Shown: positions 27,773 to 41,900 of the stretch, one piece after another
How positions within the stretch are numbered: position 1 is the first letter of the stretch
Layout of the letters: each line of letters begins with the position of its first letter
DNA from: Ministeria vibrans ATCC 50519
Lineage: Eukaryota > Protista > Filasterea
DNA: 57,580 nucleotides
Assembly (NCBI GenBank): GCA_943704425.1
Contig: CALSCP010000320.1
Span: 1 to 57,580 of the forward strand
Direction: 5' to 3'
Made by a program: the position numbers and the translations under genes
The notes under the pieces: generated by a model
Seen by the model: the letters and a program-made list of their open reading frames with translations, nothing else
What the model was told of the DNA's origin: nothing
The model's database searches: none

Positions 27773-30700
27773 CTACAGGTACTCGTCGTCACCAAAACCA
27801 GTGTTGGAAAAGTCAAAGCCAGTCGACTCAAAGCCAGTCGACAAAGCCGGTGGCTCCTGTGAAGGGCCCGTGTTAACGACACCTTCCAGCAGCATGTCCG
27901 CCGAGTCACGCTTCAGGATGGAGCGACGGGGCATGGTCGAATTATTCGGTTCGTGGTTCGCCTTGTCGATCAAAAGTACTCCCTTGTGGTCAAAAGAGAC
28001 CCGACGTGTCAGTGGCGCAGACGAAGGGCTCCCGTTGTCGGTCGACTCGTGCGGATCCTCATTAGCGAACTCCTCAAATTCCAATCGCTGATGCTGGTGC
28101 TGCAGCTCGCTCGCGGGAGGTGGCGGCGGCGGCGGCGGCAAGGATGATTGCTCCAATGGCTGAGGGGAGCTCAGCTGGGGTGGAGACATAGATGATGGTG
28201 AACGGGCGGCAGTCGCTGTCGCACCTCCGCGGCCGGTCGTCACCGACACAGGTCGGTTGGTGCGCAAATGTGCGTCCGCGCTAAAGGCAGCTGGCACCGC
28301 CAGAAGACCAACGTCGCGCGAAGCGCTCGCAAAATCACTGCTACCGTCACCTTCAAAGGGAGCACGGCTGGCCGACACGTCGCCAAAGTGGCGCTCGACA
28401 GGCGGCTCTTGGCGCGCTGCCTCTGGCGGGTTGTCCAAGTCGACAAAGACAAGGGGCTCGTTGGCAAGGTTTGCATCAAGCTCGTAGCCGGTCGCCTTGT
28501 CAATGGACGACGACCGCTTCGCAGGGTTCTTGGCGGCACGATTGCGCTCGCGCAGCTGTCGCTGTTGCTCCTCACGCTCCTCCGCCTGCTTCTGACGGTA
28601 CGCCTCTTGCTCATCGGCAATCCGCTGCAACTCACGTTTGCGCTGCTTCTGCTTTTCCTCCTCCGCTCGCACGCGACTCTGTTCCTCCTCAAACGCAACA
28701 CGACGACGCTTTGCTTCGTCCGCGCGTGCCTTCTCTTCCTCCTCTTGGCGTCGCACTTCCGCCATTCGACGACGCGCCTCAATCTCGTCCGCCGTAGGCT
28801 GCGTCGTTGTCACCGTGGACGCCCCGACCGCATCAAACGATGCATATGGATCGTCGTTGGTGTATAGGTCGCGCGCCGACAGCGGCTTTTGATGTCGCTC
28901 CATCTCAGGCGTGCTGTAAAAGTCTGTCTCAGGTTTGAGTGACACAACCGGCGCAAACGCATACGACGCCGGCTTGTTCTCGTACGACCCCAAGTCGGGT
29001 GGCGACATTCGACGTGGCGCGTCCTGTGCCCCGTACAGCTGCGTCGGGCGCGTCTGAACGTGGTACTCGACGCCCATTCGCTGTTGCTGTTGCTGCTGCT
29101 GTCGCTGCATTGCCGCCGTCGCAGGCTCACGACGCGAAAATTGCGCGGGGTTCGACGAGAACAAGTCGGCGATGGACGTGGCAAGAACCGTCTGCTGACG
29201 TTGAAGTGCGTGCCAGTCGTGCGAGCCAGGCATGGTCTGCATCAACTGTTGGTCCACCTGTCGCTTTTCGAAGCGCAACCGAGTCGCCTCGGCCGCAAAC
29301 CAGCCCATGCCCATTGTGTTGGTGACGCCCGTCATTTCCTCAGCATGCGACAGAGGCACCGGGTTAAGGTCACGTTCGGAGCGCGCCAGACGCTCCTGCA
29401 GCGTCTCGCCCACAAGCATCGATGAGCGTCCCGAGTCGCCGCGTTGCACATTCTTGTTGATGCGATCACCCGAGGCCGACGATGGCCCGCGTCCAATGCG
29501 GGCTGCCGACAGACGGTTCTCTTCCATTTGCCATTGGCCTGCCGACGAGTGACCCCAACTCGCCTCGCTCGAGGGCGACTGCGCTCCGCGTGGCTGCCCC
29601 ATGCCGAGTCGATGCGAGCGCACTTCCATCTCGAGTCCGTACTGTCGTTCCATCTCGTCGACGTGCCTCATTTTGCCGGAGCGCTCGCGACGCCGCATAA
29701 AACACACCAGCAAAATGACCAGAATAAAGAGGAAGCACAGCCCAAAGACAAGTCCAATGACCCAATAGGAGCTGCTGGAAGACGACTGGTTCGACAAACC
29801 GGTGCCCAAGCCCACGCCGTAGATACCCAGTGGCGTCGTGGTGGCACGACGACGACGCGCACCGCCAATACAGTAGCTTGCTGACGTACCATCGCTGCTC
29901 AATGTCAACGTGCCGTCCGTGGCAATGGCCCAGTCGTTTGCCGTGGGTGACGACGCACGCAGAACCACAAGGGGGTTGTTTCGCAGAGTGCTGTCAATAC
30001 AAAAGCCCAGACACACTTCCGCCTCAAACTGCTGGTCGTATGGCAAGAATGCAACGTAGCTGCCAGGGATGTTGGTCGTCAGATTGGAAGTAGACACATC
30101 GGACGCCGACAAAATTGCCATGCTAATCGTCGTGGGCGGTGATGACGAGGGAATAGCACCCGCCGAAATATCAGCACGATCGCACGCCGAGGCAGCAAGT
30201 GCCGCAGCAGCACCGCCCGCAATTACAACCTGTGCACCAATGGCACAGTCGCCGTCGGTCGTCGCGCCACCGTCACAGCCCTGGTAGCGAATCTGCCCCG
30301 AGGGACAGGTGGCACATGTCACACAACTAGACAGTCCCGCAAGCGGACTGTACGTGCCCGTAGCGCACGGACTGCATGGAGGCGCACCGGACGCTCCCGA
30401 GTAGCCTGCAGCGCACTCGTCGCAAAGCGTTCCAGTCGTGCCGGCCGCACACGCACACGCAAACGATCCAAATGAAGAGGTAGAGCAGGTGCCATCGCCC
30501 GCGCATGGCGACGACGAACATTCATCGGCATCAGCCGTGCACGTTGCACCGTCGTACCCAGCGGCGCATGTACACGAAAACCCATTCACCCCATCCGCAC
30601 AAGAGCCACCATTGGCGCACGGCGAAGACGCACACTCGTTGGTGTCTGTTGCGCAGGTGATGCCGGAGTAGCCGGCGGCACAGTTGCACGTGTACGACAC

Positions 30701-33700
30701 GACACCGTCGACGCAGGTTGCGCCATTAGAGCACGGGTTCGACGCGCAGTCGTCAATGTTTGTCTCACAGACCGAGCCTGTAAAGCCGCTTGAGCAAGTG
30801 CACGTAAAGCTGTTCAGACCGTCGTTGCAGGTGCCTCCATTAATGCAAAAATTGCCACAATTGTCGCTGTTGGTTTGGCAATTGTCGCCCTCAAAGCCAC
30901 TGGCACATGTGCACGTGTAGCCATCGACGGCGTCGTTGCACGTCGCACCGTTGCTACACGGCGACGAATCGCACTCGTTGTCGTTGGTCACACACAAGGT
31001 GCCGGAGAATCCACTGGCGCACGTACAAGTGTACGAAACGACACCGTCCACACACGTCGCCCCGTTGGCACACGGTGACGACGCACACTCGTCGTCGTTC
31101 ACCTCGCAGTGAACGCCCGAAAATCCGGCCGCACACGTGCAGCTGTAGGTCGTCGTGAAGGTGCACGTGGCACCATTCGAGCACGGACTGCTCCCACAGG
31201 TGTCCACCAGGTCGCAGGCGGTGCCACCAAAGCCAGTGGCACACGCGCACGTGTAGCCATCGACGGCGTCCGTGCATGACCCACCGTTGACACACGGCGT
31301 CGATGCACACTCGTCAATGTCCGTCTCGCAGACATCGCCCGTAAAGCCGGCGGCACACTCACACTCAAACAGGTTTGTCGACGGCGACGAGCACACACCA
31401 TCGTTTGCACAGGGCGCCGACTGGCACTCGGGAATGTCCGTCTCGCACTGCACGCCGGTAAAGCCCGACACACAGGTGCATGCCCACGAATTGGGTGCAT
31501 CCTCGGCGCACGTACCACCGTTGGAGCAGGGCGACGACTCACACTCGTTGATGTCCGACTCGCATGTGACACCGGTGTAGCCCGCAGCGCAAGTGCAGGC
31601 AAACAAGTCGATGGTGCTACTATCGACGCAAGTTGCACCATTGGTACACGGGCTGGAGTCACATTCGTTAATCTCGCTCGCACACGTCGAGCCCGTGTAC
31701 CCCGCGGCACACACGCATGTAAACGTGAGGTGCCCATCGACACACGTGCCGCCATTCGAACATGATGACACCTGGCAATCTTCAATGCTCGCATCACACG
31801 TCGATCCGGTGTAGCCCGCGGCACACTGGCACACAAACTTATCGGGTGTCGCCGCGTCGGTGCACACACCGCCGTTTTGACACGGTGACGATTCACACTC
31901 GTCGATATTTTCTGAGCACGCCACTCCTGTAAAGCCGGCCGTGCACGCACACACATACAAACCAGGCATGCCTTCAGCACACGTCGCTCCATTTGTGCAT
32001 GGCGATGAGGCACACTAAAAAGAATTGAGCGTCACAAGACTACAAAAAAAAGAAAAAGACACTAAGCGATCTTACCTCATCCATGTCGCTTGCACACAGC
32101 TCTCCGGTAAACCCAGACGCGCACACACAAGAGTACTCATCCGTTCCCGCTCCATGTACACATGTGGCACCATTCATGCACGGAGTCGATGTACACTATA
32201 ATAATAAAAAAATAACAACGTCAGTGCAAGCATTCCGATATTATCACTGTTTTAATATATTTTCTTATTGCGCTCCCCTCTTTTTTTTTTTTACCTCATC
32301 AGTGTCACTCTCGCACCGATCCCCCGTGTATCCAGCAATACAACTACACAAAAAGCTACCAACGGCGTTCTGGCTGCACACCCCATCGTTGCTGCAGGGC
32401 GACGACGCACACTCGTCAATGTCCGTCTCGCAGTTGACACCGGTATAGCCGGCAGCGCAAGCACACACAAAGCTGTTGACGCTGTCAACACAGGACGCTC
32501 CATTGGTGCACGGCGACGACCCACACTCGTCAGTGTTTATGGTACACGTGGCGCCGGTGAAACCAGGCACACAGTCGCACGAAAAGGCGCCGATTGAGGG
32601 CATGGAGCATGAGGCACCATTCTCACAGGGAGACGAAGCGCACTCGTCTATGTCGGTCGCGCACTCGCTGCCGGTATAGCCCGACACGCACGTACACATG
32701 TACGAACCAAGCGCATCAACGCACGTGGCACCGTTCCTGCACGGCGACGAGGCACACTCGTCCGTGTCCACGTCGCAGCGTGTGCCCGAGAAACCAAATA
32801 CACAGGTGCACTCGTACAAGTTGGCTGAGTTTCCTTGCGAACAGGTGGCACCATTTTCGCAGGGAGACGAGCTGCACTCGTCAAAATCCGTCTCGCAGTG
32901 AACTCCAGTAAAACCAGGAACACACAAACATGAGTAGTCGTCCGGAGTGGTCATTAGCTCGAAACAGGAGCCGCCATTGGCGCAAGGTGATGAGGCACAC
33001 TCAACAATGGTCGATTCGCATGTGTCACCCGTGTAGCCGGCCGCACACACACACACGATGCTGTTGAGTCCGTCAACACATGTGCCGCCGTTGAGGCAAA
33101 GACCTCCCGCTGCGCAATCGTCGATGTTGTCCGAGCAGTCGACCCCGGTGAAACCCGAGGCACACGTACACGCATACAGGTTGGTGCCCATGTCAGCACA
33201 GGTCGCACCGTTAGCACACGGTGCGGAGGCACACTCGTCTACGTCAGACGCACACTCAATGCCCGTGAATCCTTGTGCACAGGTGCATGCAAAACCGTCC
33301 ACCATATCCGTACACGTGGCTCCATTAGTGCATGGCGACGAGGCACACTCGTCCACGTCCTCCTCACAGTGGGTGCCCGAGAATCCACTCGTACATGCAC
33401 ACGCGTAGCTGAGTACACCGTCAACACACGAGCCGCCATTTGAACAGGGCGACGAGGTACAATCGTCTTCGCTAAAGGCGCATGCAGGCCCCGTAAAGCC
33501 GGCTGCACACGCACACACATAGCCGTCTAGTTGATCGGTGCAAGACGCACCATTGCTGCACGGCGACGAAGCACACTCGTTTGTGTCCGTCGCACACAAC
33601 GACCCTTCGTAGCCAGCGACACACTCGCAAGTGAATGTGGCCACACCGTCAACACAAGTGGCGCCGTTTAGGCAGCCGTTGCCGGGACAATCGTCAATGT

Positions 33701-35029
33701 TCGTCTCGCACACGTCACCCGTGAAGCCTTCGGCACAGTAGCATGCGTACGAGTCGAACAAGGTCGGAGCAAGTGCAAATCGCATCACCGGGCGCGGGTT
33801 GGACACGAAGTCGAAGGGGTCGAGTGTGCACGCGTCCAAGGCCGCATTGTCGTCAAACTTGATACGTTCGCCCACAAACGACAGAGTGGTGTCGACCGCC
33901 ACGACGCTGTTTACGCCCGTCGCCGTATCCGAGTGACACATATCAATCACCACCGAAGAGGTGCCGTCCCACACGAGTGGGACAGCAAAATCAATCGTGT
34001 TCCAGCCAACCACGGGTGTGTAGGTGCCACTGAAGACCTCCTGGAAGGCCGACGAGTCAACAAAGCCAGCCGAGAGACTGGTCAGCGTCGACAGTGACAC
34101 GCGCACTGTCAAACTGTTGAGTGGATCGCCTGCAATGGAGACACTCAAGGCAGCCGAGGTGATGAGGCCACCGGCCGTGATACCGGCAGACATCAGCTCG
34201 CCTGCCTGGAAGAGCAATTGATCGCGCTGACGAATGCTGGCTCGACGGAAGGGAGAAAACGCATTGGTTTGGGTTGACTCAACGCCAAGGGTGTGAAGTG
34301 TAGGCATCGCAAGAGTCGACGCCTCGGCAAAACACGTGCCGGAATTCTGGCAGGGATTCGACGCACACTCGTCAATGTCCGACTCACAAAGGTCTCCCGT
34401 CGACCCAACGTTGCAGCTGCACGAAAACCCATCCGCAGCGTCCACACACGTACCGCCATTGGAACAGGGGCTCGAGGCGCACTCGTCAATGTCGGTCTCG
34501 CACACACTTCCCGTGTAGCCAGGCGCGCAAGTGCAAGAGAACACACCGACTCCTTCGTTACACGTCGCTCCATTGCGGCACGGCAGACTGACACACTCGA
34601 CAAGCTCGGTCTGGCATGCCTTGCCGGTGTAGGCACTGGTGCAGTCACACACATACGAAATCACGCCATCAAGGCAGGTACCGCCGTTGACGCAGGGATT
34701 CGAGTCGCAATCGTCAAGATTCGTCTCGCACAAGTTTCCGGTAAAACCCGGTCGACAGAGACACGAAAAGACGGCAAGACTCGGCTCGAAGCACGTTCCA
34801 TCGTTGTAGCATGGCGACGATGCACACTCCGCCACGTCATTCTCGCACTGGTCTCCCTCGTAGCCGTCGATGCACACGCACACAAAAGAGTCCACTCCAT
34901 CCACACACGTTCCACCGTTGACACACGGTTCCGATTCGCACTGTGTAAAAGACAAGGCGTATTTACATAAGAATTTAAAAAATAATAATATAATAAACTT
35001 CATAATAATAACAATAATAATATTATTAT

Positions 35030-35065
<36 letters not shown>

Positions 35066-35119
35066 AATAACAACAACAATAATAACAACAACAACAACAA
35101 TAATAACAACAACAACAAC

Positions 35120-35152
<33 letters not shown>

Positions 35153-35894
35153 TTAATTTTATTATTATTATTATTATCTATTATTATCAATTTTCTCGTA
35201 AGGGGGGTTTTTGGGTACCTCGTTGATGTTAGTTTCACACAGAGTGCCAGAGAAGCCACTGGAACACAGACAAAGGTATGTTTCGGGGACGGTGCCCTGT
35301 GTGACACAGGTGGCACCGTTAGTGCAGGGAGACGAAATACACACGTTGATGAGCGTCTCGCAATGCTCGCCGGTGTAGCCAAGGGAGCAGGTGCAGACAA
35401 ACAAGTCAGGTCCAACCGACTGATCATTGCACGTGCCACCATTGCTACAAGGACTTGAGACACACTCGGAAATATCCAGTTCGCAAGCGTCACCGGTGTA
35501 GCCGGTTGCACACGCACAAGAAAACGCTGCAAACTGGTCTGTGCATGTCCCACCGTTGTTGCAAGGGGACGACTCGCACTCGTCAGCAAGTGATTCGCAC
35601 TGCACTCCAGTGTAGCCGGCAACACACAAACATGCAAAGCTATCAGGTGCATCAACACTGCAGGTGGCTCCGTTGATACAAGGATTCGACAAACACGTGT
35701 CCACCTGCGTCTCACATGCACTGCCTTCAAATCCCGCAGCACACACACAGTCGTACGCTGTGCCACCCGCATTATCCACACATGTCGCTCCATTGGTACA
35801 CGGGCTCGAGAGACACTGCAATTATACGGCAAAAAGTTCAAAGAAATTAATAAACTGTTGTTGATAGTAATATAATAATAATAATAATAATAAC

Positions 35895-35925
<31 letters not shown>

Positions 35926-38900
35926 TAGAATAACAATAGACTAGCAAGTAAAAACAACAATGATTTACCTCATCAATGTCAGATTCACACATATCGCCAG
36001 TGTATCCAGCACGACATAGACAGTGGAACACACCCGGTTGTGCAGCCAGCTCAAAGCACGTACCGCCGTTGGTACACGGCGAGGAGAGACACTCGACTAC
36101 GGCAACGTCGCATGATTCTCCGGTAAAACCAGAAACGCACTCACACGTGTGAGTACCCAACCCGTTGACACAAGTGGCACCGTTCACACAGGGCGACGAT
36201 GCACATGTGTCCACCTTGATCTCGCACTGGTCGCCCGAATAGCCGGTGGGACACGAGCAGAGATAATCGTTGGCTCCCGTGAAGGTCTCCAGAAATTGCA
36301 TGTTAGGCCCAAAGCGACCAATACCAACCTGGGGCGTGCTGTAAAGACAGTTTGCGACGGACGGGAAAGCAAGGGTTCCCTGGTTGTTGCACAGAAGCTT
36401 CTGGTCAAAAGCAACGTTGTTCTGAGTGAGCGTCGTCGCCTCAAACACATACTGGTCAGAAATACCAGCGTTGGCGTAAAGCGCCGCCAACACGTAGGTG
36501 GTATTTTGTGCGAGGGCAACTGGCGCAGCCAATTCAACCCAGCGGAACGAGTCGGCAAGAGGATCCGACGTGGCGATCGTCGCAGTTGCCATCATGACTT
36601 CGTCTGACACACGGTAGAGCGCCACTTCGTGACTGCCGTCAAAGCCGTCGTCCTGGTAGTCAAACAGTCCCAAGTGGGTCAGCGTGACACCGCTTGAGAT
36701 CACTTCAAACTGCCAGCCGGTGATGCGAGGCGTCGTCTCGGTGCCCGTGTTAATGCCAGTCTGGTCAAAGGTCACCTGCGAGACAACAGGCAACGACGTG
36801 CCCCCAGTACTGCACACACCACCGTTGGTGCAGGGCGACGAGACACACTCGTCAATATCCGACTCACACACGTCGCCAGTGAAGCCTGCCGCACAGACAC
36901 ACTGAAACCCGTCCACAACGTCGATACAGGAGGCACCATTGCTACAGGGCGACGAACTACACTCGTCCACATTGGTTTCGCACACGTCGCCGGTGAAACC
37001 CGAATGACAGGTGCAAGTAAACAGGTTGATAGTGGCACTCTCAACGCACGTTCCTGCATTGTGGCACGGCGACGAGGCACACTCATCAACGTTCGTCTCG
37101 CATTGAGTGCCTGTAAAACCCGCGACACACGTACAATCAAACAAGTTGGGTCCTGTGTGGTCGTCACACGAGCCGCCGTTAGCACATGGCGAGGAGAGAC
37201 ACTCATCAACGTCCTGCTCACACAGCGAGCCGCTAAAGCCGGTTGCACAGGTACACTCCCACAGATTGGCCGCGGTGCCCTGCGAGCATGTACCTCCATT
37301 GGTGCATGGTGACGAGATACATTCATCTACATCGGACTCGCACAAGGAGCCAGTAAAGCCAGCCACGCACGTACACGAGTACAAATCGGCATTGCCACTC
37401 TCGACGCATGTACCGCCATTACTGCAAGGCGAGCTCGCGCACTCGTCAATGTCGGACTCACAATGAACACCCGTATAGCCAGCAACACACGTGCAACTGT
37501 AAGCATCAACTGCGTCGGTACAAGTACCTCCATTGGTGCACGGAGACGACAGGCACTACAGAAGAAAAAGAAGCGTTTCATAAAAATCAAAATCAAATCA
37601 TTGTGTTCCAATTTTGTCAACAGTATTGAATACAATTCTTTTTTTCAGTTTGTTTTTTGTACCTCATCGAGCTCGGTTTCACATTCACTTCCTGTAAAGC
37701 CTGAAGCACAGGTACAGTCGTAGGCGGGAACAAAAATGGAACGGAACGTAAAGGATGGACCAACACGAGCGGTGTCGCCAGCAATGTCACAAGAGGTGCA
37801 AATGTCGCTGCTCAGCAAATTATCACAGAAGCAGGCGGAGTCAAGGGTAAAAAGCCCGACGGGAGCGGCAGGGAAGGTAAGTGCAAGTGAGGGGCCACGC
37901 AAATACTGGTCTTGACCACTAGAGGCCCAGCCCGTGACAATGTAGGTGCCGGCAGCAAGCTCCAGTGAACCCGTCAGCGTCATGGTCGAACGGAAGTTGG
38001 GTGCAGCCGAGTCGGTGGCGGGGTCGCTGGGTGAGACTGTGCCCGAGGCGTACACGGTGCCCGAGGTATCCGTAATGCGAATTGGATGCGCCTCGTTGAT
38101 GGTCGAATCGCCACTTCCCAGGCTCAACTCAACATCATACCACGACAGAGACTTGATCAGAATGGGTGCGCTCAGAGTAAACTTCCAGCCAATCGAGCGG
38201 GACGATGCTCCCGCCGACGGATTCAGAGTGGACGACGACATGGAGGCAATGGCGGGTTTCGTCGCCAAATCAGGCAAGTTTTCACTGCATGTTGCTCCAT
38301 TACTGCAAGGCACAGAGGCACACTAAAATTGAAATGAGAAAAAATTGTATTAAATTTTTTTGCTATTAATTATTATAGTTTTTTGTTGTTTTTTTGTTGT
38401 ACTGTACCTCTTCAATGTCCGATTCGCACTGGGCACCGGTAAAACCATCAAGACAAGCACATTCAAAGAAACCACCAAAAGCGCCTTGTGAACAAGTTCC
38501 AAGATTGGCACATGGGCTTGAGGCACACTCGTTGATGTCACTTTCACAGTGGGTGCCTGTGAAACCGCCGCTGCAGGTGCACGAGTAACTGTCCACTTGG
38601 TCAACACAGGTCGCACCGTTCGTACACGGAACTGAAACACACTCATCGATGTCTGTCTCGCAGTTTGTTCCAGTGAATCCGGCGCCACAGGTGCACGTGT
38701 ACAAGTTGGCGGTGCCAGATTCAACACAAGTACCGCCGTTTGTGCACGGCGACGACGCACACTCGTCAATGTCGCTCTCGCACTGAACGCCAGTAAAGCC
38801 CGAGACACAATTACACAAGAACAAGTCAGCAACAGCACCATTCACGCACGATCCACCATTTGAGCAGGGCGACGAGGAACACTCGTCAGTTCCACTCTCA

Positions 38901-41900
38901 CAATTGTCACCGGTGAAGCCGCTCACGCAAGTGCATGTGTGAAAGTTTGCAATAAACACATCGGTACAGGTGCCACCGTTGTGGCACGGGTTGCTAAAGC
39001 ATTCGTCAAGATTGGCCTGGCATTGAGTGCCTGAAAAGCCGTCGACGCACGCACACTCAAACAAATCGGGCGAACTGCCCTCCGAGCAAGTCCCGCCGTT
39101 CGAGCACGGACTCGACGCGCACTCGTCCACATCCGACTCACAGTCGACACCGGTGAAACCTGCGGCACAGGTGCACTCGTACAGGTCGGGCGAGTTGCCT
39201 TGCGAACAAGTACCGCCGTTAGAGCACGGAGCGGACTCACATTCGACAATGTCCGACTCGCAGTTCGTGCCAGTAAAGCCGGCGTGGCAGGAGCATGTGT
39301 ACAAATCGGCCGTGCCAGATTCAACACAAGTACCGCCGTTGGTGCACGGCGACNNNNNNTTCGACAATGTCCGACTCGCAGTTCGTGCCAGTAAAGCCGG
39401 CGTGGCAGGAGCATGTGTACAAATCGGCCGTGCCAGATTCAACACAAGTACCGCCGTTGGTGCACGGCGACGACGCACACTCGTCAATGTCGCTCTCGCA
39501 CTGGACGCCAGTGAATCCCGTCACACACGTGCACTCAAACAGGTCCGCCGAAGCACCCTGCGAGCATGTGCCGCCGTTCGAGCAGGGCGACGAAGTACAC
39601 TCATCAATGTCCGACTCACAATGCGTGCCAGTAAAGCCCGTCACGCAAGTACACGAATACAGGTCGGCGGTGCCACTTTCGACACATGTTCCGCCATTAG
39701 TGCACGGCGACGAAGCACACTCGTCAATGTCGCTCTCGCACTGAACACCTGTGAACCCTGTCACGCAGGTGCACTCAAACAAATCGGGCGAGTTGCCCTC
39801 CGAGCAAGTCCCGCCGTTCGAGCACGGACTCGACGCGCACTCGTCCACATCCGACTCACAGTCGACACCGGTAAACCCAACAGGGCATGTACACTCGTAC
39901 AGGTCGGGCGAGTTCCCTTGCGAACAAGTGCCGCCGTTCGAGCACGGAGCGGACTCACACTCGACAATGTCCGACTCGCAGTTCGTGCCAGTAAAGCCGG
40001 CGTGGCAGGAGCATGTGTACAAATCGGCCGTGCCAGATTCAACACAAGTACCGCCATTGGTGCACGGCGACGACACACACTCGTCAATGTTGGTCTCGCA
40101 CTGGACGCCAGTGAATCCCGTCACACACGTGCACTCAAACAGATCTGCCGAGGCACCCTGCGAGCATGTGCCGCCGTTCGAGCAGGGCGACGAAGTACAC
40201 TCATCCATGTCCGACTCACAATGCGTGCCAGTAAAGCCCGTCACGCAAGTACACGAATACAGGTCGGCAGTGCCACTTTCGACACACGTGCCGCCGTTGG
40301 TACATGGCGACGAAGCACACTCGTCAATGTCGCTCTCGCAATGGACACCCGTGAATCCGGTCACGCATGTGCAGCTGTAGTTATCGACATCGTCCGTGCA
40401 TGTGCCACCGTTAGTGCATGGCGATGAGGCGCATTCGTCAATGTCTGTCTCGCAAAAATCGCCAGTGTAACCAGCGTGACAGGTGCAAGAAAGTACCTCG
40501 TCACCGCCAATGCGAAAGGTAAACACGGGTCCAAAAATGGACGATCCCTGTGTCGGCGTAGAGCACGAAGCACAGGCGGCAGCTGCCGAGGCGACCCCGT
40601 CACACAAGCAAGCCTTGGTCAGGGTAATTTGAGAGGCAAAATCGACTGAGGTCGAGCCTGTCAAGTACTGATCAGGTCCCGCCGGAACGTGGCCCAGCAG
40701 TCGGTAGGTTCCTGCAGGCAGAATGCTCGTGCCCACAAGAGAGGTGGCCACACGCTCAGCTTGGCTATTGACCGCGTCCGATACCTTGACGGTGGCGGTC
40801 AGGAGCGTGTTTCCCGCGCTGTCATCGATTCGCACCGCATGCTCCAGGTCCATATCGCCATCGAGGTTGGCGTGGATGTCGACGTCAAGCCAACCCAGAC
40901 CGGTGATGGTGATTTGGGTCGAAACGGTAAACTCCCAGCCGACAAGTTGATTCGTGGTGGGTGCTGCGCTCACGTCCGACAGGGACGAGATAAGTGAGGA
41001 GAAAGCAGAAGCGCTCGCTTGGGTCAGGGGCGATGTTGTTTCGGAACACGTGGCGCCATTGGAGCACGGTGATGAGTCACAAATATCAATGAGATGACAG
41101 AGGGTGCCAGTGAAACCGTTGGCACACACACACGAAAACATGTTGACGGCGTCGACGCACGTTCCGCCATTCTGGCACGGTGCCGAAAGGCACTCATCCA
41201 TGTTCGTCTCACAGTTGTCGCCGGTGAAGCCGCTGTGACAACTGCACGAGTAAGCATCCACAGCTTCGACACACGTTCCGGCGTTGGTGCACGGTGACGA
41301 GGCACACTCATCGATGTCACTTTCGCAGTGGGTACCGGTGAAACCCGACGCGCATGTGCACGTGTAGCCATCGACAGCATCAACACACGTGCCGCCCGCG
41401 GTGCACGGACTCGAAAGACACTCGTCTTGGTTGGTCTCGCAGTGTAGACCGGTAAAACCCGACGCACATGTGCAAGTATATGAATCAACCATGTCGTTGC
41501 AAGAGGCACCGTTGGTGCATGGCGACGAGGCGCACTCGTCAACCTCCGACTCACACATGTCGCCAACAAATCCGCTAGCACAGTTGCAAGAGTACGAATC
41601 AAATTGATCCACACACGTACCACCATTGGAGCACGGCGAAGAAGAACACTAAAGAGGAGGGCGGGGTTGTATAAAGTGTCTGTGTTCTTCCTGTTCTATC
41701 GTATTACCTCATTGACGAGCGATTCACAGTTGAAGCCAGTATAGCCAGACACACAGGCACACACAAATGTGTCCGGGGAGTTTGACTCAGAACAAGAGCC
41801 CCCGTTACTACACGGTGAAGAGACGCACTATAAAAAGAGTTTCAGAATGAAAAACAATAGCATTATACTCTCTATAATACATCTATTTTTATTCCTGTTC

